Positions 18,452 to 29,889 are shown, counted from the first letter of the stretch. The stretch: 64,000 nucleotides of DNA from Alistipes sp. (GCA_045656185.1 JAZOQR010000061.1:36784-100783); one strand, 5' to 3'. Notes: a model not told the origin generated them from the letters alone. Translations and numbers: made by a program.

Positions 18452-19168
18452 TTAAAGTGTTACAACAGTTCCAATATTCTCGCCTGCAACCACCTTCTCA
18501 AGGTTGCCTATAGTATCCATATCGAAAACTATTAGCGATAGGTTGTTCTCGCGGCATAGCGTGAACGCTGTCTGGTCCATAACCTTTAGGCGACGTGCGA
18601 TGACCTCGTCGAAGGTGATAGTATCAAACTTAGTAGCAGTAGGATCCTTCTCTGGATCTGCGGTGTAAATACCATCTACGCGAGTACCCTTGAACATAAC
18701 CTCTGCCTCAATCTCTATGCCACGAAGTGCCGATGCGGTGTCGGTTGAGAAGTAAGGGTTGGATGTGCCACCACCGATGATAACCACATATCCTGCCTCA
18801 AGATACTCGATAGCCTTAGCCTTTGAGTAATACTCGCCAATAGGCTCCATACGGATAGATGTTAGCACCTTAGCCTTTACACCTGCCGACTCAAGGGCTG
18901 ACTGCAACGCAAGTGAGTTGATAATTGTAGCGAGCATACCCATCTGGTCGCCCTTCACGCGGTCGAAGCCACGACCTGCACCCTGGATGCCACGGAAGAT
19001 GTTACCGCCACCGATGACAATACCTATCTCCACGCCCATCTCCTTGATGCGCTTAATCTGCTCGGCGTAGGCATTTAGCACCTCTACGTCGTGACCATAA
19101 TTCTGCTTACCCTGCAACGACTCACCACTGAGTTTGAGTAGTATTCTGCGATATTTTGAAATTGCCAT
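18452..19168 (-). CDS. pyrH: UMP kinase
   Basis: LLKLSGE, GGGNIFRG, DQMGMLAT, PYFSTD. Confidence 0.97.
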   Translation of the reverse strand: MAISKYRRILLKLSGESLQGKQNYGHDVEVLNAYAEQIKRIKEMGVEIGIVIGGGNIFRGIQGAGRGFDRVKGDQMGMLATIINSLALQSALESAGVKAKVLTSIRMEPIGEYYSKAKAIEYLEAGYVVIIGGGTSNPYFSTDTASALRGIEIEAEVMFKGTRVDGIYTADPEKDPTATKFDTITFDEVIARRLKVMDQTAFTLCRENNLSLIVFDMDTIGNLEKVVAGENIGTVVTL

Positions 19169-19362
19169 AATATGAATACAATTTGATTAAATTATGCGAA
19201 GATAGTTATTTTTGTCAAAATCTACAACTTTTTATCTATTGAATTTTGATTTTAGTGGTTCAAAACAATCTTTTTACCTCGATAGGAGAGTGCTTTATAA
19301 AAAAATCACTATATTTGTAAATTGATAATAATTGCAGCAACGGGTTGCAAAAGGAGGAAGAG

Positions 19363-21225
19363 ATGAGTGCAGAGTACAACTATCTATATCGGGTGAATAA
19401 CCCTGAGGAGCTACGTAAGTTAAGTCTCAAGGAGTTGAGGGCTTATGCTGACGAGTTGCGTCGTTATATCATCGAGTGTTGTGCTGTGAACCCTGGACAC
19501 CTCGGTTCAAGTCTCGGTACGGTGGAGCTAACGGTTGCTTTGCACTATGTCTACCAGATGCCCGATGATCGTATTGTTTGGGATGTTGGTCATCAGGCCT
19601 ATGCCCATAAGATTATCACCGAGCGTAGGGATCTCTTCAAGAGTAATCGCACCTATGGTGGTATCAGTGGCTTCCCGCGTATGGCGGAGAGCAAGTACGA
19701 CTCCTTTGGTGCTGGACACTCTTCGGTGAGTATTTCGGCAGCCTTTGGTATTGCTAAGTCATTGGAGATGAGTGGTGATAACAATCACGTAGTTGCTGTC
19801 ATTGGCGATGGTGCGCTTACGGGAGGTCTCGCCTTTGAGGGACTTAACAATGCTGGTGCATCGCCCAAGACAGATTTATTGGTTATCCTCAACGACAACG
19901 AGATGTCTATCGACGAGCCAGCAGGAGCGTTGGATCGCTATTTGGTGCGTATCTCCACCTCGCGTTGGTATAATAATTTGAAGAGTACGCTCTGGCGTTG
20001 GTTGTCTGTAGTACCTCCGGTGCATCGCTTTATTCGCAAGACTGGTAATGCTGTAAAGCAGGGACTCCTCAAAAATAGTAACCTCTTCGAGAGCCTTAAC
20101 TTCCGTTACTTCGGCCCTATCGATGGTCACGATATTGATACTCTTGTGAATACACTTACGGCATTGAAGGCTATAGGTGGTCCAAAGTTGTTGCATATCA
20201 AGACTAAGAAGGGTAAGGGTTATGCTACGGCAGAGGCAAATCCAGCGGTATGGCACGCCCCAGGTCGTTTCGATGTAGCTACAGGTGAGCGTGTTAAGAG
20301 CGCTTATAGTGCTGACCGCTATCAGGATGTCTTTGGCGCTACGTTGCTCGACCTTGCCAAGGAGGATGAGCGTATTGTGGGTGTTACGCCCGCTATGCCT
20401 TCGGGCTGTTCGATGAATATTATGATGCGCGAGATGCCGTCGAGATGCTTCGATGTGGGTATCGCTGAGGGACACGCTGTGACCTTCTCGGCAGGTCTTG
20501 CGGTGGGTGGCAGTCGCCCATTCTGCAATATCTACTCCTCGTTTATGCAGCGCGCCTACGATAATGTTATCCACGACGTGGCACTTCAAAATTTGCCCGT
20601 TGTGCTATGCCTCGATCGTGCTGGTATCGTTGGCGAGGATGGTGCGACACATCACGGAGCCTTTGACCTTGCCTATTTGAGCTGTGTGCCAAATATCACT
20701 ATTGCAGCACCTCGCAACGAGTGGATGTTGCGCCAGATGATGTACACTGCCTCTAAGGCCGACGGCCCTACTGTTATACGCTATCCACGCGGTATTGGCG
20801 AGGGTGTGGAGTGGAGGAATACCCCATTTACCACCATTGAAAAGGGTCGTGGTGAGCAGTTGCGTGAGGGTAGTGAGGTGGCTATCGTTGCTATTGGCAC
20901 TATGGCAAATGTCGCTATGAGGGCCGCAGAACGTAGTGAGCGCAGTGTTGCTGTCTACGATTTGCGCTATGTTAAACCGCTTGATACTGAGCTATTAAAC
21001 GATATTGCATCGCGTTTCGATAAGATTATTACCATCGAGGATGGTGTTATTCGTGGCGGTGTTGGCGAGAGTGTCTCAGCATATATCGCTCGCTTGGGCT
21101 GCAAAGCGAAGGTTGTAAATCTCGGTATTGATGATAGCTTTGTGGAGCACGGCAAACCTTCGGAGTTGTATGCCGAGTGTGGTTATGACGAGGAGGCTTT
21201 GCTTCAAACAATAAGTAAAATGTAG
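19363..21225 (+). CDS. dxs: 1-deoxy-D-xylulose-5-phosphate synthase
   Basis: GHLGSSLG, WDVGHQAYAHK, IGDGALTGG...LNDN, DVGIAEGHA, DRAG. Confidence 0.97.
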   Translation: MSAEYNYLYRVNNPEELRKLSLKELRAYADELRRYIIECCAVNPGHLGSSLGTVELTVALHYVYQMPDDRIVWDVGHQAYAHKIITERRDLFKSNRTYGGISGFPRMAESKYDSFGAGHSSVSISAAFGIAKSLEMSGDNNHVVAVIGDGALTGGLAFEGLNNAGASPKTDLLVILNDNEMSIDEPAGALDRYLVRISTSRWYNNLKSTLWRWLSVVPPVHRFIRKTGNAVKQGLLKNSNLFESLNFRYFGPIDGHDIDTLVNTLTALKAIGGPKLLHIKTKKGKGYATAEANPAVWHAPGRFDVATGERVKSAYSADRYQDVFGATLLDLAKEDERIVGVTPAMPSGCSMNIMMREMPSRCFDVGIAEGHAVTFSAGLAVGGSRPFCNIYSSFMQRAYDNVIHDVALQNLPVVLCLDRAGIVGEDGATHHGAFDLAYLSCVPNITIAAPRNEWMLRQMMYTASKADGPTVIRYPRGIGEGVEWRNTPFTTIEKGRGEQLREGSEVAIVAIGTMANVAMRAAERSERSVAVYDLRYVKPLDTELLNDIASRFDKIITIEDGVIRGGVGESVSAYIARLGCKAKVVNLGIDDSFVEHGKPSELYAECGYDEEALLQTISKM

Positions 21226-21232
21226 AATAGGT

Positions 21233-22057
21233 ATGTTTGAGTTAGAAAAGAGTATAATCGAGGAGGCGTGGAACGACCGTTCTATGCTTCAGAATGAGGA
21301 TGTTAAGGATGCTATACGCCGTGTTGTGGAGGCTGTAGATAAGGGAGCTTTGCGTTGTGCTGAGCCTATCGACTTGGAGAAGAGCGAGTGGCAGGTTAAC
21401 GAGTGGGTTAAGAAGGCAATCATTATGTACTTCCCTATCCAGACTATGCGCACTATGACAGCTGGCGAGTTGGAGTGGTACGATAAGATGGAGCTTAAGC
21501 GTGGTTACGAGGAGCTGGGTGTTCGCGTTGTGCCTCAGGCTGTTGCTCGTTATGGCGCATATATCGCCCCAGGAGCTATCCTTATGCCTTCGTATGTTAA
21601 TATCGGTGCTTACGTTGATAGTGGCACTATGGTTGATACGTGGGCTACGGTGGGCTCTTGCGCTCAGATTGGTAAGAATGTGCACCTTAGTGGTGGCGTG
21701 GGTATTGGTGGCGTGTTGGAGCCTGTGCAGGCATCACCAGTTATTATCGAGGATAACTGTTTTATCGGCTCGCGCTCTATTGTTGTTGAGGGTGCACACG
21801 TATGCCGTGAGGCTGTCCTCGGCTCAAATACCGTTATCACAGGCTCAACACATATTATCGACGTAACGGGCCCAGAGCCAGTGGAGTATAAGGGCTATGT
21901 CCCACCACGCTCGGTAGTAGTTTCGGGTACATACAATAAGAAGTTCCCTGCAGGCGAGTATGGCGTTCAGTGTGCCTTGATTATCGGCAGAAGAAAGGAG
22001 TCCACAGATAAGAAGACCTCGCTCAACGATTGCTTACGCGATTTTGCTATTTCGTAG
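21233..22057 (+). CDS. dapD: 2,3,4,5-tetrahydropyridine-2,6-dicarboxylate N-succinyltransferase
   Basis: WQVNEWVKKA, MPSYVNIGAYVD, VGSCAQIG, GGVLEP. Confidence 0.95.
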   Translation: MFELEKSIIEEAWNDRSMLQNEDVKDAIRRVVEAVDKGALRCAEPIDLEKSEWQVNEWVKKAIIMYFPIQTMRTMTAGELEWYDKMELKRGYEELGVRVVPQAVARYGAYIAPGAILMPSYVNIGAYVDSGTMVDTWATVGSCAQIGKNVHLSGGVGIGGVLEPVQASPVIIEDNCFIGSRSIVVEGAHVCREAVLGSNTVITGSTHIIDVTGPEPVEYKGYVPPRSVVVSGTYNKKFPAGEYGVQCALIIGRRKESTDKKTSLNDCLRDFAIS

Positions 22058-22078
22058 CGAGGGGGTGGAAGTGCATAT

Positions 22079-22119
22079 AAAACGAGGATGGTTCCATTTC
22101 TTGGGGTTATCCTCGTTTT
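22079..22119 (+). terminator. intrinsic terminator after dapD
   Basis: AAAACGAGGAT...ATCCTCGTTTT inverted repeat. Confidence 0.65.
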
Positions 22120-22311
22120 GTCTTATTATACGGAGGGTAATATTTAAGCAATAGACTATAATTTGTGTTATTCATCGTTATTTAATTTTGTAAATTAAGA
22201 AATAATTGCTAATTTTGTGTACGTATTGGTTTGAGAGATTATAATTTTATAGGTTTAACCTCAGCCGATATGCTGAATTTAAGACAACTATTAACTTAAA
22301 CTACTATAATT

Positions 22312-22629
22312 ATGGAAAACACTAATCCTACAAACAATCAGCCGCCGTTAGCTCCTAATAACTATCTTGTATGGGCTATCCTTGCAACAATTCTATGCTG
22401 CTGGCCATTGGGCATTCCTGCTATTGTATATGCGGCTAAAGTCGATAAGTTGTGGTATGCAGGTTATCGTAATGAGGCTCTTGCGGCATCGAACAATGCT
22501 AAGAAGTGGACTCTTATTGCAGCAATTACAGGTGCAGTAGTTGTTGTTCTTTACGTTATATTTGTGTTTGTAGTAGGTATTGGTGTTGCTGCTGAGGCTG
22601 CAAGCTACTCAGACTACTACTACTATTAA
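22312..22629 (+). CDS. CD225/dispanin family membrane protein
   Basis: PNNYLVWAILATILCCWPLGIPAIVYAAKV...A..AS..AKKW. Confidence 0.88.
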   Translation: MENTNPTNNQPPLAPNNYLVWAILATILCCWPLGIPAIVYAAKVDKLWYAGYRNEALAASNNAKKWTLIAAITGAVVVVLYVIFVFVVGIGVAAEAASYSDYYYY

Positions 22630-22632
22630 TAG

Positions 22633-23031
22633 ATGAAGCGATTTCTAAAACCCACTACACTTTTGTTGGTAGTGGGTTTATTTTTATTAATTATACTATA
22701 CTATAAGGTCAACCCTGCAACATCTACACTAATGCCAAAGTGTCCATTTAAGATGTTGACTGGGTATGACTGCCCCTCGTGTGGTGTGCAGCGTGTGGTC
22801 CACTTGGTGATGCATGGTGAGTTTATAGATGCCTTTCTACTCAATCCATTCCTCTTCTTGGTTGCTCCATATCTGTTGGCGATAATATATGTGAAGATAT
22901 CGCACGATAGATTTGCTGTGGCTATTAAGCCGTATGTATGCCACCATATAGGAATATATACCTATATTGCCCTCTATTTTATATGGTGGGTGGTAAGAAA
23001 TACTGCGTTTTGGCATAATCTGATAGGTTAG
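22633..23031 (+). CDS. DUF2752 family membrane protein
   Basis: CPFKMLTGYDCPSCG.QR...LNP; the usual neighbour of CD225 genes. Confidence 0.85.
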   Translation: MKRFLKPTTLLLVVGLFLLIILYYKVNPATSTLMPKCPFKMLTGYDCPSCGVQRVVHLVMHGEFIDAFLLNPFLFLVAPYLLAIIYVKISHDRFAVAIKPYVCHHIGIYTYIALYFIWWVVRNTAFWHNLIG

Positions 23032-23221
23032 GATTTTGAAAGATATGGTGTGAGGTTGCTACAATTTTGTTGGCAACCTCGCATTCTATTATGTTGCCGA
23101 CTTATTATCGTCGTTTTATTGGTGAATATTCACCTATTTTTGCGAATATAATCTCTTTATAGTTACTACGTTTAACAAAAAATTCTTACCTTTGCATTTT
23201 AGAAACAAAACCTAACGATAT

Positions 23222-24247
23222 ATGATTACTAAAATCGAACAAATATTAGCCGAGATCGAGGCGTTTGCGCCTAAGAGTGCCGCTGAGGTTGAGGCGTTCC
23301 GCATTAAGATTTTGGGCAAGAAGGGCGAGCTTGGAGCCTTGATGGAGGAGTTCAAAGCAGTGCCTGCAGAGCAGAAGCGAGAGCTTGGTCAGAAGCTTAA
23401 CAACCTCAAGAATGTGGCTACCGAGCGTATCAACACCCTAAAGGAGGAGTTGGGCAATGCCGCTGCGATGAGTGCATCGAAGATTGACGATATGACACGC
23501 CCAGGCTCTGAGGAGGCTGTAGGCTCACGCCACCCTATCTCAATCGTTAAGAATGAGATTGTTAGCATCTTCTCGCGCCTTGGTTACACCGTAGCCGATG
23601 GTCCAGAGATTGAGGACGACTGGCACGTGTTCTCGGCGCTTAACTTCCCACCTGAGCATCCAGCGCGTGATATGCAGGATACCTTCTTTATCGAGAGCCG
23701 TCCTGATGTGGTGTTGCGTACCCACACATCATCTATTCAGGTGCGTACTATGGAGCGTCAGAAGCCACCTATCCGCGTAATATGCCCAGGACGTGTGTTC
23801 CGTAACGAGGCTATCTCATACCGAGCACACTGTATCTTCCACCAGATTGAGGGTCTCTACATCGACCGTAATGTATCGTTTGCCGATATGAAGCAGTCGT
23901 TGTTGTACTTCGCGAAGGAGCTATTTGGTGAGCAGGCACAGATTCGTATGCGTCCTTCATACTTCCCATTTACTGAGCCATCAGCAGAGGTAGATGTATC
24001 TTGCTCTATCTGCGGTGGTAAGGGCTGCGGCGTATGTAAGGGTACTGGTTGGTTGGAGATTATGGGTTGCGGTATGGTTGACCCTAATGTCCTCACAGCT
24101 AATAATATCGATCCAAAGGAGTTCTCAGGCTTCGCGTTTGGTATGGGTATTGAGCGTATCGCAATGCTTAAGTATGGTGTTGGCGACTTGCGCTTGTACT
24201 TCGAGAACGATGTTCGTTTCCTAAACCAGTTTGAGTCTGCCCTCTAA
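23222..24247 (+). CDS. pheS: phenylalanine--tRNA ligase alpha subunit
   Basis: HPARDMQDTF, LRTHTS, FHQIEG, YFPFTEPS, GFAFGMGIER. Confidence 0.97.
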   Translation: MITKIEQILAEIEAFAPKSAAEVEAFRIKILGKKGELGALMEEFKAVPAEQKRELGQKLNNLKNVATERINTLKEELGNAAAMSASKIDDMTRPGSEEAVGSRHPISIVKNEIVSIFSRLGYTVADGPEIEDDWHVFSALNFPPEHPARDMQDTFFIESRPDVVLRTHTSSIQVRTMERQKPPIRVICPGRVFRNEAISYRAHCIFHQIEGLYIDRNVSFADMKQSLLYFAKELFGEQAQIRMRPSYFPFTEPSAEVDVSCSICGGKGCGVCKGTGWLEIMGCGMVDPNVLTANNIDPKEFSGFAFGMGIERIAMLKYGVGDLRLYFENDVRFLNQFESAL

Positions 24248-24316
24248 TAGTATTATAGGAGATTAGACAAGGTGAGGGTGGCTAATGTCTTTTTGGTCAC
24301 CCTTATATTTTTAGAT

Positions 24317-26017
24317 ATGAGAAGGCTAAGGGTTATATTTTTGGTGTTAGTGGTTGTTATGGTGGTAGTCTCTACCGCTATAGCACAAGAGTACACTACC
24401 CTACCCGACTCTACATCGGTTGGCTATCGCCATATAGATGCTGTCAAGGAGCTCTCCATTCGTCGTGATACGCTTAAGGCGCGTCATATATGGGGAGAGA
24501 TTATCGAAAAGGATAGCACCTACTCACCAGCGTTGTACTACCTTAGTATCACCGATAGCGACCGTGATGCGAGCTTGCGTTATGCCCATCGTGCCTTCGC
24601 ATCGGATAGCACTAATAAGTGGTACACCTCAAATTATGCCGAACGACTTATTACATCGGGTATGTATACTCGCGCCATACCCATCTTCCGTCGTCTGATG
24701 CGCTTGGATCCAACGAATATTCGTTCGTACCACGCCCTTGCGGTTATCTATGGTTATAGTGGTATGCCCTATTCGGCAATATCGGTGCTCGACTCTGCCG
24801 AGTTGCGTATTGGATACAACTACTATCTTGCCGATATAAAGCAGGAACTACTACTCTCAACACGCCAATATGAGCGTGCCATAAGTGAGGGTGTGCGACG
24901 TATCGAGGAGCACCCATACGATGTTGATGCAGTCACAAAGCTGGCAGGTGTATATGCAGTTTCGGGCCGTGATTCGTTGGCTCGAGCCACGTATGATAGG
25001 GCCTTCAAGCTCGACACTACAAACGTGAACACCATCACTGCCATTGCTGACTACTACTCGCATATTGGAAATACTATCCGTATGCTCGACTATGAGCAGC
25101 ACCTCTTCCGTAGCGATAAGCTCGACGTAGCTACAAAGCTACACCGTCTATCGCAGTACACCGCCGATATGAACTTCTATGCCGCGAACTATTATCGTGT
25201 GGGTGGCATCATTCACCAGTTGGCCATCTCATACCCTAAGAATCGCGATATTATAGGTATCTATGCTCAGCATCTTATATATGGTGGCGAGCAGGAGACG
25301 GCCTTGGAGTATCTGTTGCGCCACCTTGAGGACGATAATGTAGGTCCTGCAGACTACCTCTTGGTTATCCAATTGGAGCGCCATCTGGGTAAGCAGGAGC
25401 TGATGGATAGGGATTTAGCTCGCGGTATGGAGCTCTTCCCTCGCAGTATCGAGCTTGTGTCGTTGTACTCCTATATACGTAGTGAACAGGGTGACTATAA
25501 GTCGGCTATTGCTGTTCTGGAGAGGGCCTCTAAGGGTGTTGAGGATCCTATTAAGCGTAGCTCGTTGCTGGGAAATATTGGAGATTTGTATCACGAGATG
25601 GGTGAGGATAATAGGGCCTTTCGCTACTATAAGCGTGCCCTCTCTCTCGATGCAGATAACGCGCTGGTTTTGAATAACTATGCCTATTTCTTAAGCCTTT
25701 TGAATAGGGATTTAGACAAGGCACTTGTAATGGCAGAGCGTGCCATAGAGCTTCAGCCAAACAATGCCTCGTATGTCGACACCTATGCTTGGGTGTTGCA
25801 CCGATTGGGGCGCAATGAGGAGGCTAAGAGGGTTATGCGTCAGGCGCTCACCCTAAGTTCGCAGATGGATGAATCGTTGCTGATGCACTATGCCGATATA
25901 TTGTGGGCGTTGGGCGAGGAGTTTATGGCTGAGACCTATTGGCAGAAGGCTGTTGAGCGTGGCTACGATAAAGCGTTGATGGAGGCACACATTAAGGAGA
26001 TAAAATCGAAGAAGTAA
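24317..26017 (+). CDS. exported tetratricopeptide-repeat protein
   Basis: Signal peptide; TPR units such as LNNYAYFL and YVDTYAWVL. Confidence 0.8.
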   Translation: MRRLRVIFLVLVVVMVVVSTAIAQEYTTLPDSTSVGYRHIDAVKELSIRRDTLKARHIWGEIIEKDSTYSPALYYLSITDSDRDASLRYAHRAFASDSTNKWYTSNYAERLITSGMYTRAIPIFRRLMRLDPTNIRSYHALAVIYGYSGMPYSAISVLDSAELRIGYNYYLADIKQELLLSTRQYERAISEGVRRIEEHPYDVDAVTKLAGVYAVSGRDSLARATYDRAFKLDTTNVNTITAIADYYSHIGNTIRMLDYEQHLFRSDKLDVATKLHRLSQYTADMNFYAANYYRVGGIIHQLAISYPKNRDIIGIYAQHLIYGGEQETALEYLLRHLEDDNVGPADYLLVIQLERHLGKQELMDRDLARGMELFPRSIELVSLYSYIRSEQGDYKSAIAVLERASKGVEDPIKRSSLLGNIGDLYHEMGEDNRAFRYYKRALSLDADNALVLNNYAYFLSLLNRDLDKALVMAERAIELQPNNASYVDTYAWVLHRLGRNEEAKRVMRQALTLSSQMDESLLMHYADILWALGEEFMAETYWQKAVERGYDKALMEAHIKEIKSKK

Positions 26018-27132
26018 TGTCGAAAATTGTAAAGATACTAACCCTACTTTTACTTCTTGCTACCCCACTCTTGGGTCTTGCTCAGGATAAGAAGACCGAG
26101 GAGCAGCGTCGCCGCACGGAGCAGTATAAAAAGGAGCTGGCTAAGGCTAAGGAGGAGGTTGAAAAGGTTAAGAAGGATAAGAGTAGCGCCAAGAAACAGG
26201 TCACTGCCATAGAGAATGAGATGCGTATGCGTAGTGGCTTTATAAAGGAGGTCGAGAGCGAGCGCAAGAGCGTGGAGCGTGATGTTGAGCAATGTAATGC
26301 CGAGGTCGATTCGTTGGAGAGGGCGTTGGAGCATAATCGTATGCTCTATGCCGAAGCTGCGCGTGTGGCGTATCGTAACTATCGTCAGAACAATGTCTCA
26401 AATTATCTCTTTGCCTCGAAGAGCCTTACTGAGGCTGCACGCCGTATGGCGGAGATTGAGCATATCACTATGCAGCGCAGAGCTCTTGCCGAGAGTATGG
26501 CCGAGCAGTCGACGATGATAGCTGCACAGCGCGATACGTTGCAACATAGAGTTGATGAACTCGACTCGATAAATCGTATTCTAAAGCGCGAGCATCGCGT
26601 TTTGGAGGATAGCAGGGTAGAGGCCCAACGAACATATAATAAGCTCTCAAAACGCGAGAAAAACGCCATTGACGAGCAGCGCAAACAGCAGCAGCAATAC
26701 GACAAAGCCGTAGCAGAACTACAGAAGATGCTTAAGGGTAATAAGGTGGGTGCTGGTTTCTCGCGTAACACTCGCGGTCTGAACCTCCCTGTCGAGGGTG
26801 GAACACTCACCCAGCAGGGCTTTGGAGCCACCATCACGGGCAAAAAGGGCGATGCCGTGCGCACCATTCACGAGGGACTTGTGCAGGAGATTCAGTATAA
26901 AAAGCTAACCAATAGATATACCATTTTCCTCGGTTACAACGAGTATCTTGTGACCTACACAAACCTTAGTTCGGTGTGTGTAAAAAAGGGAGATGTGGTG
27001 AAGAAGGATCAGAAGATAGGTGTTATAGGTGCTGGTGTAGATAGCCAAGATAAGCCTTTTGTGCGTTTGGCGATCTACGACTCTAAGACAGAGAAACCGC
27101 TCTATGTATCTGATTTCTTCAAAAAACTCTAA
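26017..27132 (+). CDS. EnvC-like murein hydrolase activator (coiled coil + degenerate M23 domain)
   Basis: Signal peptide, long coiled coil, M23-like tail with YTNL in place of the HxH zinc motif. Confidence 0.75.
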   Translation: MSKIVKILTLLLLLATPLLGLAQDKKTEEQRRRTEQYKKELAKAKEEVEKVKKDKSSAKKQVTAIENEMRMRSGFIKEVESERKSVERDVEQCNAEVDSLERALEHNRMLYAEAARVAYRNYRQNNVSNYLFASKSLTEAARRMAEIEHITMQRRALAESMAEQSTMIAAQRDTLQHRVDELDSINRILKREHRVLEDSRVEAQRTYNKLSKREKNAIDEQRKQQQQYDKAVAELQKMLKGNKVGAGFSRNTRGLNLPVEGGTLTQQGFGATITGKKGDAVRTIHEGLVQEIQYKKLTNRYTIFLGYNEYLVTYTNLSSVCVKKGDVVKKDQKIGVIGAGVDSQDKPFVRLAIYDSKTEKPLYVSDFFKKL

Positions 27133-27137
27133 CTACT

Positions 27138-27575
27138 ATGATACATTTCTATAACCAAGATTGCAACTACCTCCCACCCAAACGCCTTATCTTACGTCGT
27201 TGGATCGAGGAGGTTATCAATGCCGAGGGCTACCAGGTGGGCGATATCAATTATATCTTCTGTGGCTCGGAGTATCACCGACAGATGAATCGCGACTTTA
27301 TTGGCCACGACTACTTTACCGATATCATCACCTTCGAGGAGCGCGAGGGTAGGGTAGGTGAGCATATCGTTTCGGGTGAGGTGTATATCGATGTTGCCAC
27401 GGTTGAGGATAATGCTCCACAGTATAACGCATTGCCTATCAATGAGATGCGCAGAGTTATCATTCACGGAGCCTTGCACTTATGTGGTCATAAGGATAAA
27501 ACCCCTTGGGCAGAGAAGAATATGCGTCGTATGGAGAATAAATATCTTAAACTGCTTAGAGAGAAGTACTTATGA
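27138..27575 (+). CDS. ybeY: rRNA maturation endoribonuclease YbeY
   Basis: [17 protein letters not shown]. Confidence 0.92.
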   Translation: MIHFYNQDCNYLPPKRLILRRWIEEVINAEGYQVGDINYIFCGSEYHRQMNRDFIGHDYFTDIITFEEREGRVGEHIVSGEVYIDVATVEDNAPQYNALPINEMRRVIIHGALHLCGHKDKTPWAEKNMRRMENKYLKLLREKYL

Positions 27576-29455
27576 TGCTCAGTTACGATATAGTTGTTAT
27601 CGGTGCTGGCCACGCTGGCTGTGAGGCGGCATCTGCTGCTGCACGACTTGGCTCGCGAACACTGCTTATAACTATCGATATGGAGAAGATTGCCTCTATG
27701 TCGTGTAACCCTGCTGTAGGCGGTGTTGCTAAGGGTCAGATTGTCAGAGAGATAGATGCTCTTGGTGGCAAGATGGGCCGTATTACGGATATGAGCACCA
27801 TACAGTTCCGTATGCTCAATCGCTCTAAGGGCGCTGCGATGTGGAGTCCTCGTGCTCAGTGCGACAAGGCGGAGTTCTCGCGCCTATGGCGTAGAGAGCT
27901 TGAGAATACGCCTAACCTCTATATCTGGCAAGATTCGGTTACCGAGATATTGGTAGAGACCGAGGGCGATAAAAGGCGCGTAAAGGGCGTTAAAACGCGA
28001 ATGGGCGTAGAGATTGAGTGTAGTAGGGTAGTGCTCACCGCAGGAACATTCCTCGGAGGTTTGATGCACTGTGGTGAGGCACAGGCTGAGGGAGGCAGAG
28101 CTGGCGACCAAGCATCGTATGGTATCACGGCGCAGTTGCGCTCGCTCGGCTTCGAAGCGGGACGTATGAAGACAGGTACTCCTGCACGCCTTGATGCCCG
28201 AACAATTAACTTCGATGCTATAGAGATGCAAGAGGGCGATGCTCAGCCCTATAAGTTTTCATATGACACTGATACTGAGGCTGTTAAGCATCAGCTACCC
28301 TGCTTTATGGTATATACATCGAAGTGTGTGCACGATATTTTGCGCACTGGTTTCGAGCGCTCGCCACTCTTCAATGGTACAATCTCGGGTATAGGTCCTC
28401 GCTACTGTCCAAGCATCGAGGATAAGCTACGCACCTTTGCCGATAAGGAGCAGCATCAGCTCTTCTTAGAGCCTGAGGGGCGCAATACTAACGAGTATTA
28501 TCTCAATGGCTTCTCGTCATCACTCCCATATGAGATTCAGTTAGAGGCTTTGCGCAACATCTCGGGTTTGGAGGATGTGCACGTCTACCGCCCTGGCTAT
28601 GCCATCGAGTACGACTACTTCCCACCTACGCAGCTTAGCCATACTCTTGAGACAAAGCTTGTTGAAGGTCTCTACTTTGCTGGTCAGGTGAATGGTACTA
28701 CGGGCTACGAGGAGGCGGCGGCTCAGGGTCTAATGGCAGGTATCAATGCTCACCGTTCACTACGAGGCGAGGAGAGTATTGTGCTTAAGCGTGATGAGGC
28801 ATATATCGGAGTCTTGATTGATGACCTTGTGACTAAGGGTGTCGACGAGCCTTACCGTATGTTTACCTCTCGTGCGGAGTATCGTATCTTGCTACGTCAG
28901 GATAATGCCGATGTGCGACTCACGCCACTTGGCTACGAAATAGGTCTTGTGTCGGATAAAAAATATGAGAATTTGCTCAAAAAAAATACGGCTGTAGAAT
29001 CGCTTATTTCGATGCTCCGTAAGAGCTCGGTAAAAATAGGCGAAATTGACAACTATTTAATTTCTGTGGATGAAGAGCCACTTTCGCAAGGAAAAAAGCT
29101 ATACGATATAGTTTTGCGTAGTAATGTGACTATAAATTCACTCAAAAATGAGGTGGCAAAGCTAAAGTCGTTCATCGAAAAGAACAATCTCTCGGACGAG
29201 GTTGTCGAGCAGGCGGAGATTCAAATCAAGTATCGCGGCTATATAGAGCGCGAAAAATACTATGCCGAGAAGATGCACCGCTTGGAGGAGATTGTTATTC
29301 CTGCCAGCTTCGACTACAATGCTATGCAATCACTGACTATCGAGGCGCGTCAGAAGCTCTCACGCATCCGTCCTGAGACAATAGGTCAAGCCTCGCGCAT
29401 CCCTGGTGTTTCGCCAGCTGATATCAATGTGTTGCTTGTGAAGTTCGGCAGATAG
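27572..29455 (+). CDS. mnmG: tRNA uridine-5-carboxymethylaminomethyl modification enzyme
   Basis: [45 protein letters not shown]. Confidence 0.97.
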   Translation: MMLSYDIVVIGAGHAGCEAASAAARLGSRTLLITIDMEKIASMSCNPAVGGVAKGQIVREIDALGGKMGRITDMSTIQFRMLNRSKGAAMWSPRAQCDKAEFSRLWRRELENTPNLYIWQDSVTEILVETEGDKRRVKGVKTRMGVEIECSRVVLTAGTFLGGLMHCGEAQAEGGRAGDQASYGITAQLRSLGFEAGRMKTGTPARLDARTINFDAIEMQEGDAQPYKFSYDTDTEAVKHQLPCFMVYTSKCVHDILRTGFERSPLFNGTISGIGPRYCPSIEDKLRTFADKEQHQLFLEPEGRNTNEYYLNGFSSSLPYEIQLEALRNISGLEDVHVYRPGYAIEYDYFPPTQLSHTLETKLVEGLYFAGQVNGTTGYEEAAAQGLMAGINAHRSLRGEESIVLKRDEAYIGVLIDDLVTKGVDEPYRMFTSRAEYRILLRQDNADVRLTPLGYEIGLVSDKKYENLLKKNTAVESLISMLRKSSVKIGEIDNYLISVDEEPLSQGKKLYDIVLRSNVTINSLKNEVAKLKSFIEKNNLSDEVVEQAEIQIKYRGYIEREKYYAEKMHRLEEIVIPASFDYNAMQSLTIEARQKLSRIRPETIGQASRIPGVSPADINVLLVKFGR

Positions 29456-29470
29456 GTTCCACGGGGAACA
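29455..29470. promoter_or_regulatory. parS-like centromere site (GGTTCCACGGGGAACA)
   Basis: 14/16 match to the palindrome TGTTCCACGTGGAACA, directly after the mnmG stop. Confidence 0.5.
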
Positions 29471-29477
29471 GATTTAC

Positions 29478-29760
29478 AAACTGAAAAGTGAAAGGTGACA
29501 ACTGAACTTTGCGATTAAGGTGAGAGCAAAACAAGATTATTTTTGTTTTGCCGAGCCGCAGCAAAGTCGAGGCATTACGAAGTTTTGCCTCAAAAGTGTG
29601 GTGCGCTTCGCGCGAGATTTATAAAAGGGGCCTGAGGGGCCTAAGAGGCCTAAAGGGGAATTAGTAATTAGTAAAACCCTTTTTGCCGCTTTTGCCCTTT
29701 CAGCGTAGCTGTCGCTTGACACAAGCGAAACAGACACAAACACTCAGGGTTGCACGACCG
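29478..29760. repeat. mosaic intergenic repeat array
   Basis: Heptamers, an ACTTTGCGATTAAGGTGAGAGCA...GCAAAGT hairpin, and a ~170-bp block that is the reverse complement of modules in 40611-40807. Confidence 0.8.
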
Positions 29761-29889
29761 AATTTCTCAGGAGAAGGCTGCAGATGCAACGCTCAGCAAA
29801 AATCCCGACGATGGGCTGTACTTGGCGTACTGCTCATTGTCGGGACTTTTTGTTAGCGGCAGCAGATGTCTGCCTTATCGTGGGAAATT
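29761..29889 (-). mobile_element. 129-bp AATT-bounded imperfect palindrome, copy 3
   Basis: Near-identical to 2778-2906; its terminal AATT overlaps the ilvE TAA stop. Confidence 0.75.

Noticed and set aside
26017..27132. M23 peptidase with lost zinc ligands as a pseudogene
   Set aside because: A degenerate M23 domain is the normal state of EnvC-type activators
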